Source: Candidatus Limnocylindrales bacterium
GTDB taxonomy: Bacteria; Chloroflexota; Limnocylindria; Limnocylindrales; CSP1-4
Assembly (NCBI GenBank): GCA_038214255.1
Contig: JBBQRZ010000008.1
Location: forward strand, 23,832 to 87,831
DNA: 64,000 nucleotides
Direction of reading: 5' to 3'
The translations under genes and the position numbers were made by a program. Shown here piece by piece: positions 39,797-49,507 of the stretch (the first letter of the stretch is position 1; the number at the start of each line of letters is the position of its first letter). The notes beneath the pieces were generated by a model. That model did no database searches and was not told where the DNA came from. It saw nothing but the letters and a program-made list of their open reading frames with translations.

Positions 39797-41299
39797 CTAG
39801 TCGGCGGCGTCCCGCTTCTCCGTGTCGGCCAGCTTCTTGCGATTGCCCTCGCGCTGCTTCATCAGGCCGTCGCCAGCGTGGTGGCTCTTCTCCGGTCCGG
39901 GGATCGCGCTGCGGCGTGGTCGGCCGGCCGCGCGGGCCTCGGTTCGCGAGGTCATTCGGGCGGCGAGGGTCGCTTCGTAGCCTTGGTCGGTGGGCAGGTA
40001 ATAACGTCGGTCCTTGAGTTCGTCGGGCAGGTACTGCTGGTCGACGTCGGCGCCTTCGAAATCGTGGGGAAAGCGGTAGCCGACCCCGATCCCGTGCTGC
40101 TTCATCCCGCGATGGGCGGCGTTCCGCAGGTGGAGTGGCACCGGCAGGGCACCGCTCGCCTCGACGTCCGAGACGGCCGCCCAGTAGGCCGCACCCGAGC
40201 GGTTCGACTTGGGCGCCGTCGCGATGTAGGTCGTCGCCTGGGCGAGCGCGTACTGCGCCGCCGGCAGGCCGATGTGGTCGAGGGCGGCCGCCGCCCCGAC
40301 GGCAACCTGGAGCGCCCTCGGGTCGGCGTTGCCGACATCCTCCGAGGCGCTGATGATCAGCCGGCGTACGATGAACCGGGGATCCTCACCGGCCGCGATC
40401 ATCGCGGCGAGCCAGTAGAGGGCCGCGTCGGGGTCGTTGCCGCGCAGGCTCTTGATGAACGCCGACACCGTGTCGTAGTGGCCGTCGCCGGCACGGTCAT
40501 AGGCGAGGACCCGTTGCTGCGCGGCGGCCTCGATGTCCTCGAGGCGGGGCGTGACGTGGCCGTCGACTTCGCGAATGTCCTCCGCCTCCGCGAGCGCCAC
40601 CGCCCCTTCGAGAACGTTCAGCGCAGCGCGGGCATCCCCACCGGCGAGCGACACGAGATGCTCGAACGCGGGTTCGTCGAGCGCAACGCCGCCGTCGGGA
40701 CCGAGGGGCCCGGCCAGCCCGTGTTCCGGGTCCGCGAGGGCACGACGGACGACCGTCGCGACCTCGTCGTCGGTCAACGCCTCGAGCCGCCAGACCCGCA
40801 TCCGCGACAGCAGGGCGGAGTTCACCTCGAAGTAGGGGTTCTCGGTGGTGGCGCCGACGAGCGTGATCGTGCCGTCCTCCACGTGCGGGAGGAGGGCATC
40901 CTGCTGGGCCTTGTTGAACCGATGGATCTCGTCGAGGAACAGGACGGTCCGCGTGCCGTGCAGGGCCAGCCGGTCCTGCGCCTCGGCGATGAGCGCGCGA
41001 ACGTCCGCCACTCCGGCCATGACCGCCGAGATCGTGGAGAAATAGGCCCCCACTTCGCCGGCCAGCAGGCGGGCCAGGCTCGTCTTCCCCGTGCCGGGCG
41101 GTCCCCACAGCAGGATCGAGGCGAGATGACCGCGCGCGATGCCGCGCCGGAGCGGTCCGCGTTCACCGACGAGGTGGCCCTGGCCGACGAACTCGTCGAG
41201 GTTCCGGGGACGCATCCGGGCGGCCAGCGGCTGGCGCTCGGGCGGCGGTTGGAACAGCGCTTCAGGGCGGGCCCCGGTCGGGCGCCGGGCGGTCGGCAT
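39797..41299 (-). CDS. rarA: Replication-associated recombination protein A (MgsA/RarA AAA+ ATPase) with basic C-terminal tail
   Basis: [49 protein letters not shown]. Confidence 0.85.
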   Translation of the reverse strand: MPTARRPTGARPEALFQPPPERQPLAARMRPRNLDEFVGQGHLVGERGPLRRGIARGHLASILLWGPPGTGKTSLARLLAGEVGAYFSTISAVMAGVADVRALIAEAQDRLALHGTRTVLFLDEIHRFNKAQQDALLPHVEDGTITLVGATTENPYFEVNSALLSRMRVWRLEALTDDEVATVVRRALADPEHGLAGPLGPDGGVALDEPAFEHLVSLAGGDARAALNVLEGAVALAEAEDIREVDGHVTPRLEDIEAAAQQRVLAYDRAGDGHYDTVSAFIKSLRGNDPDAALYWLAAMIAAGEDPRFIVRRLIISASEDVGNADPRALQVAVGAAAALDHIGLPAAQYALAQATTYIATAPKSNRSGAAYWAAVSDVEASGALPVPLHLRNAAHRGMKQHGIGVGYRFPHDFEGADVDQQYLPDELKDRRYYLPTDQGYEATLAARMTSRTEARAAGRPRRSAIPGPEKSHHAGDGLMKQREGNRKKLADTEKRDAAD

Positions 41300-41308
41300 G
41301 GCCCGTGG

Positions 41309-41314
41309 ATGGTA
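41309..41314 (-). promoter_or_regulatory. -10-like TACCAT (GCTACCAT motif) 9 nt upstream of the rarA ATG
   Basis: On the minus strand: gcGCTACCATccacgggccATG. Confidence 0.3.
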
Positions 41315-41345
41315 GCGCGGTCGCGCAGCGACCCGCGCCCTTCGG

Positions 41346-41741
41346 TCAGAGTGCCGTGGCGCCCGTCAGGTGCATGATCGCCCACAGCGCGATGAGGATG
41401 ATGACGAGCGAACCACCGATGAGCGCGATCCGTCGGACGTCGCGGACGACGTAGTCGTAGTCCTCGCCGGCCCGCACGGCCAGCGAGCCGGGACGGGTTG
41501 GGGCGAGGGGCTCCGACTCACGGCGGTTCCGATCGCGTGTGCGCCGCCGGGTTGCCTCGGCGGCGCGCTCCTCGGCGACGATCTGGGCCTCGAGCTCGGC
41601 GGCGCGGGCCTCCTCCTGCGGGGTGAGCGTGGCCGGGCGCGGCGTCGAGGCCGGGACGATCGCGGATGGTCGCGGACCGCTGCGCTGGGTCCGGGCTCGC
41701 TGGCCCGGTCGGGTGCTGCTGCCGCGAGCGCGCTTCGCCAT
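41346..41741 (-). CDS. Hypothetical protein with C-terminal TM anchor
   Basis: Arg/Pro-rich N-terminus and a C-terminal hydrophobic helix (IALIGGSLVIILIALWAIM). Start uncertain. Confidence 0.35.
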   Translation of the reverse strand: MAKRARGSSTRPGQRARTQRSGPRPSAIVPASTPRPATLTPQEEARAAELEAQIVAEERAAEATRRRTRDRNRRESEPLAPTRPGSLAVRAGEDYDYVVRDVRRIALIGGSLVIILIALWAIMHLTGATAL

Positions 41742-41871
41742 GATCGCCGAGGTGCCTCCGGGTCGAGATGCGGATCGAGGGGACAACCGCCCGCGGTCGA
41801 CTCCGCCAGCGGGGAGGATAGCACCGGATCCGGGTCCGGACGGTGATGCTTGGGGAGTACGGGGGCCCTGC

Positions 41872-41877
41872 TAGACT
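41872..41877 (+). promoter_or_regulatory. Extended -10-like TGC-TAGACT upstream of the DUF4446 gene
   Basis: ccTGCTAGACTcgcgacaccgccgcGGAGGatg, with a ribosome-binding site GGAGG downstream. Confidence 0.35.
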
Positions 41878-41896
41878 CGCGACACCGCCGCGGAGG

Positions 41897-42397
41897 ATGC
41901 ACGCCATCGATCTCGACGCGCTCATCGAACCCTATCGTGGAGCCATCACCCTGGGGCTCGTCCTGACCGTCGCGATCCTCCTGATCGTGGCCCTGTCGCT
42001 GGCTCGTCGCACGTCGCGCCTGAAGGGCCGGCTGGATCGGCTGACGCGCGGCGAGGAGGGCGACAGCATCGAGGACGTCATCGATGCGCACCTCGATCGG
42101 GTCCAGGCGCTGGGCCGCGGCATGGACGATCTGGCGGCCCGGACGCGGGCCATCGAGGCCGCATCCGTGCACGCCTTCCAGCAGGTCGGGCTGGTCCGCT
42201 ACAACCCGTTCGACGACACCGGCGGCAACCAGAGCTTCGCCCTCGCGATGCTCGACGCGAATGGCGACGGGTGGGTGCTTTCCAGCCTCCACAGCCGCAC
42301 CGGCACGCGCGTTTACGCCAAGCCGATCAACAAGGGCCGCTCGGACGCTGCGCTCTCGGCCGAGGAGTCCGCCGCCATCCGCCAGGCGACGGCCTGA
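41897..42397 (+). CDS. DUF4446 family protein
   Basis: N-terminal TM helix plus a conserved LVRYNPFDDTGGNQSFALAMLDANGDGWVLSSLH block. Start chosen at the ATG preceded by GGAGG. Confidence 0.65.
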   Translation: MHAIDLDALIEPYRGAITLGLVLTVAILLIVALSLARRTSRLKGRLDRLTRGEEGDSIEDVIDAHLDRVQALGRGMDDLAARTRAIEAASVHAFQQVGLVRYNPFDDTGGNQSFALAMLDANGDGWVLSSLHSRTGTRVYAKPINKGRSDAALSAEESAAIRQATA

Positions 42398-42434
42398 CAG
42401 CCTAGGTGTCACGGCGGTCGACGATGGTGTCCAC

Positions 42435-45400
42435 ATGGCCCCCATTGCACCCGCGCCGACGCCCTCGGCCACACCGAAGCCCAGGTCCACGCCGATGACC
42501 CGCCTGCGGGTCCGGACGCGCCGGCACGAGCCAACGCCGCTGGAGCAGATCCCAGCCTGGCGCGACCTCGTCCCGGTGATGGACCCGGAGGTGGCGGGCC
42601 TGCCTGGCGGCGGCATGGAGGCGCTCCTGGGCGGCCTCGATCCTGACCAGCTGCGGGCCGTGACCCACGGGGAGGGGCCGCTCCTCGTCGTCGCCGGCGC
42701 GGGCACCGGCAAGACCCAGGTCATCACCCGCCGGATCGCCTGGCTCATCGCGTCGAGACGGGCCAAGCCCTCGGAGATTCTCGCGCTGACCTTCACCGAC
42801 AAGGCCGCAGACGAGATGGCTGTCCGGGTGGATCAGCTTGTGCCGTACGGCTACACCGACACCTCGATCGCGACGTTCCATGCCTTCGGGGATCGGCTCA
42901 TCCGCGAACACGCCCTTGAGCTCGGCCTGTCGCCCGAGGTCCGGGTGCTGTCCCGGGCCGAGGTGGTGATCTTCCTGCGCGAGCATCTGTACGAGTTCGA
43001 GCTCGACGAATACCGGCCGCTCGGCGATCCGACGCGCTTCCTGGCAGCCCTCGCGACGTTGTTCAGCCGCTGCAAGGACGAGGACATCACGCCGGCGAGC
43101 TACGCCGACCACGCCGGCCGCGTTGGCGTCGAGGCGGCGCGGGTGGCGGCCGCGCTGGCCGAATCCGGCGACGACGCGACGGATGCGGATCGGGACGCGG
43201 CGGACGCCGCGGCCGAGGACACCCGGCGCCAGGGTGAGCTCGCCCGAGCCTACGGCCGATACCAGGACCTGCTCGCGGCCAACGGATTCATCGACTTCGG
43301 CGACCAGGTCGCCCTCGCCCTGCGGCTCGTGCGCGAGTCGGCCGCCGCCAGGACGGCGATCGCCGGGCGCTTCCGGTACCTGCTCGTTGACGAGTTCCAG
43401 GACACGAATCGCGCGCAGGCGGAGCTGGTGGCCCTGCTCGCCGAACCGCATCGCAACGTCACGGTCGTCGGCGACGACGACCAGGCGATCTATGCGTTCC
43501 GGGGCGCCGCGGTGGACAACATCCTCGACTTCGAGGCGCGCTACCGGGGTGCCCGGACCGTGGTGCTGCGCCGGAACTACCGATCGCTCGCCCCAGTGCT
43601 CGACGCTGCGCATCGACTAGTACGGTTCAACGATCCTGACCGGCTCGAGGTCCGGACGGGCATCGTCAAGCGGCTCCGCGCGCAGCGGGTCGATCCGGCC
43701 CCGCCACCGGTCCGGCTCGAGGCCTTCGCGACCGGCTCCGAGGAGGCGGATTGGATCGCCGCGGACGTGAGCCGCCGGATCGCTGCCGGGGCCCACCCGC
43801 GGGATCATGCCGTGCTCGTCCGCGCCAATGGGCATGCCGACCCGGTGTTGCGGGCGTTCAACCTGGCCGGGATCCCGTGGCGGTTCTCCGGAGCGTCGGG
43901 CCTCTACGCCCGTCCGGAGGTCCGTCTCCTGATGGCGTTCCTGCGCACGATTGCGGACCCGGAGTCGAGCGTCGACCTGTACGGCGTCGCGTCGTCATCG
44001 ATCTACGGGCTTGGCGGCGAGGACCTGACCGCGATCGTGAACAACGCACGGCGCCGGAACCGGTCGGTCCGCGCCGTCCTCGACGAGCTCGAGCGCCAGC
44101 CCGGCATCCTGCGCGTGTCGCCCGCCACGCGTGCGGGCGTGCACCGCCTCGTCGTGGACCTGGCGCGCTACACGGAGCTCGCCCATGAACGGCCCGCGGG
44201 CGAGGTGCTGTACGCCTTTCTTCGCGAAAGCGGGCTCCTCGCACGGTTGGCCTCGGCGGACACGCCGGCGGGGGAGGAGGGCCTCGCCAACGTGGTCCGC
44301 TTCTTCGACATCGTGCGGGCGCAGTCGGCGCTTCTCGCCGACGACCGGGCCGTGTTCGTTGCCCGTCATCTCCAGACGCTCATCGAGGCCGGCGACGACC
44401 CGGCGACCGCCGACCTGGACCCGGACGTCGATGCGGTCGCCGTCCTGACCGTCCACAAGGCAAAGGGCCTCGAGTTCCCGGTGGTCTATCTGCCCGGACT
44501 CGTCGCCGGCCGGTTCCCGGGCAACGGCCGCGGCGAGCCGCTGGGATTGCCGGCCGGCCTTGGGCGAGGGGAGCCGCCAACCAGCGAACGGAGCCTCGCC
44601 GAGGAGCGACGACTCTGCTACGTGGCGATGACGCGGGCTCGCGACGAGCTGATCCTCTCGCATGCGGCGGACTACGGGGGATCGAGGGCCCGCAGGGTGT
44701 CGCCGTTCGTCCTCGAGGCCCTCGACCTGCCGGCGACCGCGGGGACGCCCGGGGCCGGGGCCCTGGTGGCCACGCCGGAGGAGCGACTCGCCGGGTTCGA
44801 GCCGGTCGACCCGCCGCCCCCCGCGTTCCGCGGTCCGATCGAGGAGCCGCTGTCGCTCAGCTTCTACCAGGTGGACGACTACCTGACGTGCCCGCTCAAG
44901 TACAAGTACGGCCATGTCCTGCGGGTCCCGCTGGCGCCCCACCACGCGCTCGTGTACGGCGCGGCCCTGCACAAGGCGGTCCAGCTTTTCCACCATCGCC
45001 ACGCTCGCGGTCACGTCATGAGCGAGGCGGAGCTCGACGAGGTACTCGATTCGGCCTGGTCGAACGAGGGGTTCGTCAGCCGAGAGCACGAGGAGGCGCG
45101 ACTCGCCGCCGGGCGGGCCGCGCTGCGCCGCTTCCGAGAGGAGCAGCTCCAGCCGGGCGCGATCATCCCCGCCTACGTTGAACGCGAATTCAGCTTCATG
45201 CTCGATGGGGATCGGGTCCGCGGCCGGTGGGACCGGGTCGACATCGAGCCCGCCGAATCGGTCGCCGAGGCTCCGGACGATGCGTCGCCGGAGCTTCCGA
45301 GCGCGGACGTCGTGACGCCGACCCTCGGGATCATGGGCCGGGAGCGCGTGACGATCACCGACTACAAGTCCTCGGACGTGCGCGATCCGGCAAAGGCGCG

Positions 45401-45680
45401 CCAGCGGGCACGCGACTCGCTCCAGCTCCAGATCTACGCGATGGGCTACGAAGCGCTGACCGGACGGCTGCCCGATGCGATCGCCCTGCATTTCCTCGAA
45501 TCGGGCCTGGTCGGGCGGGTCCCCGTCGATCCCAAGCGTCTCGCCAGGGCGCGCGCCAAGATCCGGACGGCCGCCGCCGGCATCCGGGCGCGCGATTACA
45601 CGGCGAAGCCGGACCAGCTCGCCTGCTCGTGGTGTGCCTTCCGGGACATCTGTCCGGCGAGCGTCGCGACGAATCGCTAG
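42435..45680 (+). CDS. UvrD/Rep-type superfamily 1 helicase fused to a C-terminal RecB-family PD-(D/E)XK nuclease with Cys cluster (AddA/AdnB-like helicase-nuclease)
   Basis: Walker A AGAGTGKTQV. UvrD motifs YLLVDEFQDTN and VGDDDQAIYAFRGA. Nuclease ITDYKSS; Cys cluster LTCPLKYKY...CSWCAFRDICP. Confidence 0.8.
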   Translation: MAPIAPAPTPSATPKPRSTPMTRLRVRTRRHEPTPLEQIPAWRDLVPVMDPEVAGLPGGGMEALLGGLDPDQLRAVTHGEGPLLVVAGAGTGKTQVITRRIAWLIASRRAKPSEILALTFTDKAADEMAVRVDQLVPYGYTDTSIATFHAFGDRLIREHALELGLSPEVRVLSRAEVVIFLREHLYEFELDEYRPLGDPTRFLAALATLFSRCKDEDITPASYADHAGRVGVEAARVAAALAESGDDATDADRDAADAAAEDTRRQGELARAYGRYQDLLAANGFIDFGDQVALALRLVRESAAARTAIAGRFRYLLVDEFQDTNRAQAELVALLAEPHRNVTVVGDDDQAIYAFRGAAVDNILDFEARYRGARTVVLRRNYRSLAPVLDAAHRLVRFNDPDRLEVRTGIVKRLRAQRVDPAPPPVRLEAFATGSEEADWIAADVSRRIAAGAHPRDHAVLVRANGHADPVLRAFNLAGIPWRFSGASGLYARPEVRLLMAFLRTIADPESSVDLYGVASSSIYGLGGEDLTAIVNNARRRNRSVRAVLDELERQPGILRVSPATRAGVHRLVVDLARYTELAHERPAGEVLYAFLRESGLLARLASADTPAGEEGLANVVRFFDIVRAQSALLADDRAVFVARHLQTLIEAGDDPATADLDPDVDAVAVLTVHKAKGLEFPVVYLPGLVAGRFPGNGRGEPLGLPAGLGRGEPPTSERSLAEERRLCYVAMTRARDELILSHAADYGGSRARRVSPFVLEALDLPATAGTPGAGALVATPEERLAGFEPVDPPPPAFRGPIEEPLSLSFYQVDDYLTCPLKYKYGHVLRVPLAPHHALVYGAALHKAVQLFHHRHARGHVMSEAELDEVLDSAWSNEGFVSREHEEARLAAGRAALRRFREEQLQPGAIIPAYVEREFSFMLDGDRVRGRWDRVDIEPAESVAEAPDDASPELPSADVVTPTLGIMGRERVTITDYKSSDVRDPAKARQRARDSLQLQIYAMGYEALTGRLPDAIALHFLESGLVGRVPVDPKRLARARAKIRTAAAGIRARDYTAKPDQLACSWCAFRDICPASVATNR

Positions 45681-45740
45681 GCCCCAGTGGTTCCGTGGCG
45701 CCGTCGCGCGCGAGCCACGACCGATGGGTAGTGGCCGCCC

Positions 45741-45746
45741 TAGACT
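45741..45746 (+). promoter_or_regulatory. -10-like TAGACT 8 nt upstream of the ATG at 45755 (leaderless candidate)
   Basis: ccCTAGACTcgccggagATG. Confidence 0.3.
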
Positions 45747-45754
45747 CGCCGGAG

Positions 45755-46129
45755 ATGGAAGCACGCGACCGGCTCATGAACCTGGCTGTCTTCGCGGTCG
45801 CGGGGGTCGTGTGGCTGCTCGTCGCACTGATCGTGACGACCCGCGATCCGGTCGTCGATCCGATCGCCGGCTTTGTCGGCGCGGCGCTGATCGGCCTGGC
45901 GGTCGGCCTGACGACCGTCCCGATCTTCTGGCTTGTCGTCTTCGGTCGCCATCGACGCATCGCGTACCACGGGGACTGGACGCGGGCCGCTCGCCGCGGC
46001 GCGTGGGTCGGGCTCACCGTCGCGGTCGTCGTGGTCCTCCGGATCCAGGGTCTCCTCGAGCTGCCGATTGCGCTGTTCATCCTTGCCCTGGTCGTCGTCG
46101 CCGAGGCCACCCTCTCGACCGAGCGCTGA
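45755..46129 (+). CDS. Small multi-TM membrane protein
   Basis: Four hydrophobic helices; sits in the tail of ORF 45227..46129 after the helicase stop. Confidence 0.45.
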   Translation: MEARDRLMNLAVFAVAGVVWLLVALIVTTRDPVVDPIAGFVGAALIGLAVGLTTVPIFWLVVFGRHRRIAYHGDWTRAARRGAWVGLTVAVVVVLRIQGLLELPIALFILALVVVAEATLSTER

Positions 46130-46182
46130 CGCGCGCGGGACGCTACGCTCCGGGGACCCACCGCCATCGTCCCGGAGGCCAC

Positions 46183-47385
46183 GTGCCCGACCTGACCGCC
46201 GTCCGACCCGCCGCGCCCCATGCCGAGACGAAGGCCCGCCTGGCGCGTGCCGTCGCCGAGTCCGGGGGCGAGATCCTCGACCTGTCGCACCGGATCCACG
46301 CGAACCCGGAGCCCGCGTTTGAGGAGGTCCAGGCGTCGAGCTGGGTGGCGGAGATCCTGCGGGCCCACGAATTCGAGGTCGTGCACCCGGCCGGGAGCCT
46401 CGCGACCGCGATCCGGGGCGTCCGTCGCGGCGGACTCGGTGGCGACGGCCCGCGGATCGGGATCCTGGCCGAATACGACGCGCTGCCCGGCCTGGGCCAT
46501 GGCTGCGGCCACAACACGATGGCGGCGTCCGGCGTCGGGGCCGCGGTCGCGCTTGCCTCGATCGCCGACGAGCTGGCCGGCGAGATCGTCTTCCTGGGAA
46601 CGCCGGCGGAGGAGCGGGGAAGCGGCAAGCAGGTCATGATCGACGACGGCCTCTTCGCCGGCCTGGACGCGGCGCTGCTCTACCACCCCTGCGACCGAAA
46701 CCACGTCGAGAGCCGGGCGCTCGCCTCCGAGGACGTCGACGTCGTCTACACCGGGCTGCAGGCACACGCTTCGTCCGATCCGTGGATGGGCAAGAACGCG
46801 CTCGATGCGCTTGTCCTGCTGTTCACCTCGGTCGGGCTCTGGCGCCAGCAACTATTGCCCACAGCGCGCGTGCACGGGATCGTCCGGGAGGGCGGCACCG
46901 CCGCCAACATCATCCCGGATCGCGCGACCGGCTGGTTCATGCTGCGCAGCCCCGACATGGCCGAATACGAGCGGATGCGAGAGCAGTTCACGAAGATGGC
47001 CGAGGCGGCGGCGCTCGCGACCGGAACGACGGTCGAGGTGACCTACTCGGGACTGGCGATGACGATGCGCAGCAACCGGGTGCTCGCCGAGCGGTTCCGC
47101 GCGAACATGGCCGCGTACGGCGTCGACGACATGGGCCTCGATCCGAATCCCGGCAGCACGGACATGGCCAACGTGAGCTGGGTCTGCCCGACGATCCATC
47201 CCGATCTCGCAATCTGTGACGAGGGCGTGCCGGCGCATTCCACGCGGTTCCGCGACGCCGCGATCACGCCACGCGCCGACGAGACGACCCTGCTGGCGGC
47301 GACGCTCGTCGCCCAGACCGCGTACGACCTGTTCGCCGATCCGGAGCTGATCGAGGCGGCCTGGCAGGAGTTCCGCGCCGCTTGA
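46183..47385 (+). CDS. M20D family amidohydrolase (hippurate hydrolase / aminoacylase-like)
   Basis: Metal-binding GHGCGHN. GTG start 4 nt after a GGAGG ribosome-binding site. Confidence 0.8.
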   Translation: MPDLTAVRPAAPHAETKARLARAVAESGGEILDLSHRIHANPEPAFEEVQASSWVAEILRAHEFEVVHPAGSLATAIRGVRRGGLGGDGPRIGILAEYDALPGLGHGCGHNTMAASGVGAAVALASIADELAGEIVFLGTPAEERGSGKQVMIDDGLFAGLDAALLYHPCDRNHVESRALASEDVDVVYTGLQAHASSDPWMGKNALDALVLLFTSVGLWRQQLLPTARVHGIVREGGTAANIIPDRATGWFMLRSPDMAEYERMREQFTKMAEAAALATGTTVEVTYSGLAMTMRSNRVLAERFRANMAAYGVDDMGLDPNPGSTDMANVSWVCPTIHPDLAICDEGVPAHSTRFRDAAITPRADETTLLAATLVAQTAYDLFADPELIEAAWQEFRAA

Positions 47386-47573
47386 GCGCGCCGGCGGGCT
47401 GACCCCGGCCGCGCCAGGCGGCGGGTGGCCCGGGTCGCGCCCGGGACGGGTGCTACCATCGGATCGGCGCGCCCCGCTGGACGATCGGCCTTCGAACCGG
47501 CGGCGCCCCCCACGAGACGGACCATTCCTCGCTGCGACCGGCCTGCCGGTGCGCGCCCGTCTCCGGAGGAACC

Positions 47574-48629
47574 GTGGCTGAGCGCCGACCCGACTTCGCG
47601 GCCGCGAACGGCTGGGATCGCGAGTACGAGAGCTACAGCGACTTCGACCTGCCCCCGTACGTCGGTCCGTCGACCTTCATGAACCTGCCGTGGATCACCG
47701 ATCCGGCCGAGCTCCGCCGGCGCAGCGTCGACGTGGCGATCGTCGGTGCGCCGTTCGACGACGCGGTGAGCCACCGGGCCGGCGCCCGATTCGGCCCTCG
47801 AGCGATCCGGGAGGCGCAATACACCTCGGGCGCGATCCACTCGCTCCAGCTGGAGATCGATGCGTTCGACCATCTGACGGTGGTCGATGCGGGCGACGCG
47901 AACATCGTGCCCTCGTGGATCGAGCGCGGCCACGCGATGATCTACCGCAAGATCCGGCAGGTCGCCGAGACGGGTGCCATCCCGATCGTGCTCGGGGGCG
48001 ATCACTCGATCACCTGGCCGAGCGCGACGGCCGTCGCCGAGGTCCGCCGGCCCGGCAGCATCGGTATCGTCCATTTCGACGCGCACGCGGACACCGCCAA
48101 CGACACGTTCGGCGTGCTGGCGAGCCACGGGACCCCGATGCGCCGGCTGATCGAGTCGGGAGCGGTCCTAGGCAAGAACTTCGTCCAGGTCGGGCTGCGC
48201 GGCTACTGGCCGCCGGCCGAGACGTTCGCGTGGATGCGCGAGCAGGGCCTGCGCTGGCACTTCATGCACGAGATCGAGGAGCGCGGGGCGGAGGCCGTCA
48301 TCGCCCAGGCGATCGAGGAGGCGCTCGACGGCCCCGACTACATCTACCTGAGCCTCGACATCGATGTCATCGATCCGGGCATGGCGCCGGGCACCGGCAC
48401 GCCCGAGCCCGGGGGCATGCTTACGCGCGAGGTTCTGCGAGCCATCCGCCAGATCGTCGGGGCGGTCGAGCTGGCCGGCATGGACATCGTCGAGGTCTCG
48501 CCGCCATACGACCACGCCGAGACGACGGCCATGGCCGCCAACCGCGCGGCCCTCGAGGCGATCAGCGCGCTCGCGGTGCGCCGGCGTGACGGAAAGCGCG
48601 TCCGCTGGGAGTTGTCCGCCGGATCCTGA
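47574..48629 (+). CDS. speB: Agmatinase / ureohydrolase family protein
   Basis: GGDHSITWP and DAHADT Mn-binding motifs. GTG start after a GGAGGA ribosome-binding site. Confidence 0.8.
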   Translation: MAERRPDFAAANGWDREYESYSDFDLPPYVGPSTFMNLPWITDPAELRRRSVDVAIVGAPFDDAVSHRAGARFGPRAIREAQYTSGAIHSLQLEIDAFDHLTVVDAGDANIVPSWIERGHAMIYRKIRQVAETGAIPIVLGGDHSITWPSATAVAEVRRPGSIGIVHFDAHADTANDTFGVLASHGTPMRRLIESGAVLGKNFVQVGLRGYWPPAETFAWMREQGLRWHFMHEIEERGAEAVIAQAIEEALDGPDYIYLSLDIDVIDPGMAPGTGTPEPGGMLTREVLRAIRQIVGAVELAGMDIVEVSPPYDHAETTAMAANRAALEAISALAVRRRDGKRVRWELSAGS

Positions 48630-48654
48630 TAGCAGCGCTGCGATGGGCGGTCGC

Positions 48655-48660
48655 TACCAT
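48655..48660 (+). promoter_or_regulatory. -10-like TACCAT 8 nt upstream of the methyltransferase ATG (leaderless candidate)
   Basis: tcGCTACCATcaccgctgATG. Confidence 0.3.
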
Positions 48661-48668
48661 CACCGCTG

Positions 48669-49490
48669 ATGTTCGATCGACCCGATGCCGCGACCGCCGC
48701 GGCGCTCGCTCGGCTGTATGACCTCGACCTCGTCGATGACCCGGGCGACCTAGACCTCTACCTCGCGCTCGCGGACCGGGCCGACGGGGCGGTCCTCGAG
48801 CTCGCCGCCGGTACCGGCCGGTTGGCCGTGCCCCTCGCCGCCGCCGGTCATCGGGTCACGGCCGTCGACATCGACCCGACCATGCTCCGCCGTGCCCAGC
48901 TCCGCGCCGACGCCGCGCGACTGCCCGATGGCCGCTTCGAGACCGTGGAGGCCGACCTGCTCGGCCTGCGCCTGCCCGATGCCGGTCGATTCCGTTTCGC
49001 CTTCATCGGCCTGAACTCGATCATGCTTCTGGCCGACCGCGACCACCAGCGTGAGGCGTTTCGGACGCTTGCCAGGCATCTCGCACCGGGCGGCCTGGCC
49101 GCGGTCGACGCCTGGCTGCCCGATGCCGACGACCTCGCCCGGTTCGACGGGCGGATCACCCTCGAGTGGCCGCGAACCGACCCCGAAACCGGGGCCGTCG
49201 TCACGAAGACCGGTTCCGCGCAACACGACGCGGCGACGGGCACCGTCACCCTGACCGCGATCTACGAGGTCGGGGCACAGGGGGAGCCGCCGGCCCGCTG
49301 GGTGCGGCGCGACCGCCTTCGCCTGATCTCGCCCGACGAACTGGCGGGCTTCGCCGACGATGCCGGCCTGGAGGTGGAGCTGGTCGCGGGCGGCTATGAC
49401 CTGTCGCCCCTGGGCCCTGGCTCGGAGCGTGCGGTGCTCGTCGCCGTCCGCCGCGGCCGTGCGACGGGAGCACGCCAGACGGCTGACTGA
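48669..49490 (+). CDS. Class I SAM-dependent methyltransferase
   Basis: Motif I VLELAAGTGRLAVPLA. Confidence 0.8.
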   Translation: MFDRPDAATAAALARLYDLDLVDDPGDLDLYLALADRADGAVLELAAGTGRLAVPLAAAGHRVTAVDIDPTMLRRAQLRADAARLPDGRFETVEADLLGLRLPDAGRFRFAFIGLNSIMLLADRDHQREAFRTLARHLAPGGLAAVDAWLPDADDLARFDGRITLEWPRTDPETGAVVTKTGSAQHDAATGTVTLTAIYEVGAQGEPPARWVRRDRLRLISPDELAGFADDAGLEVELVAGGYDLSPLGPGSERAVLVAVRRGRATGARQTAD

Positions 49491-49507
49491 CCCGCGGGCA
49501 CGATCGC

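Noticed and set aside
42084-42434. The N-terminal extension of the helicase ORF, which overlaps the DUF4446 gene
   Set aside because: It has Arg/Ser/Thr/Pro-rich off-frame composition. The conserved helicase sequence begins after the internal Met, and a promoter/ribosome-binding-site arrangement supports DUF4446 in the other frame.
47386-47573. Possible riboswitch or ncRNA in the 188-bp GC-rich leader of speB
   Set aside because: Only a short CCCGGG-TCGCG-CCCGGG palindrome and a GCTACCAT -10-like box were seen. There is no match to known riboswitch consensus features that can be judged without covariance models.
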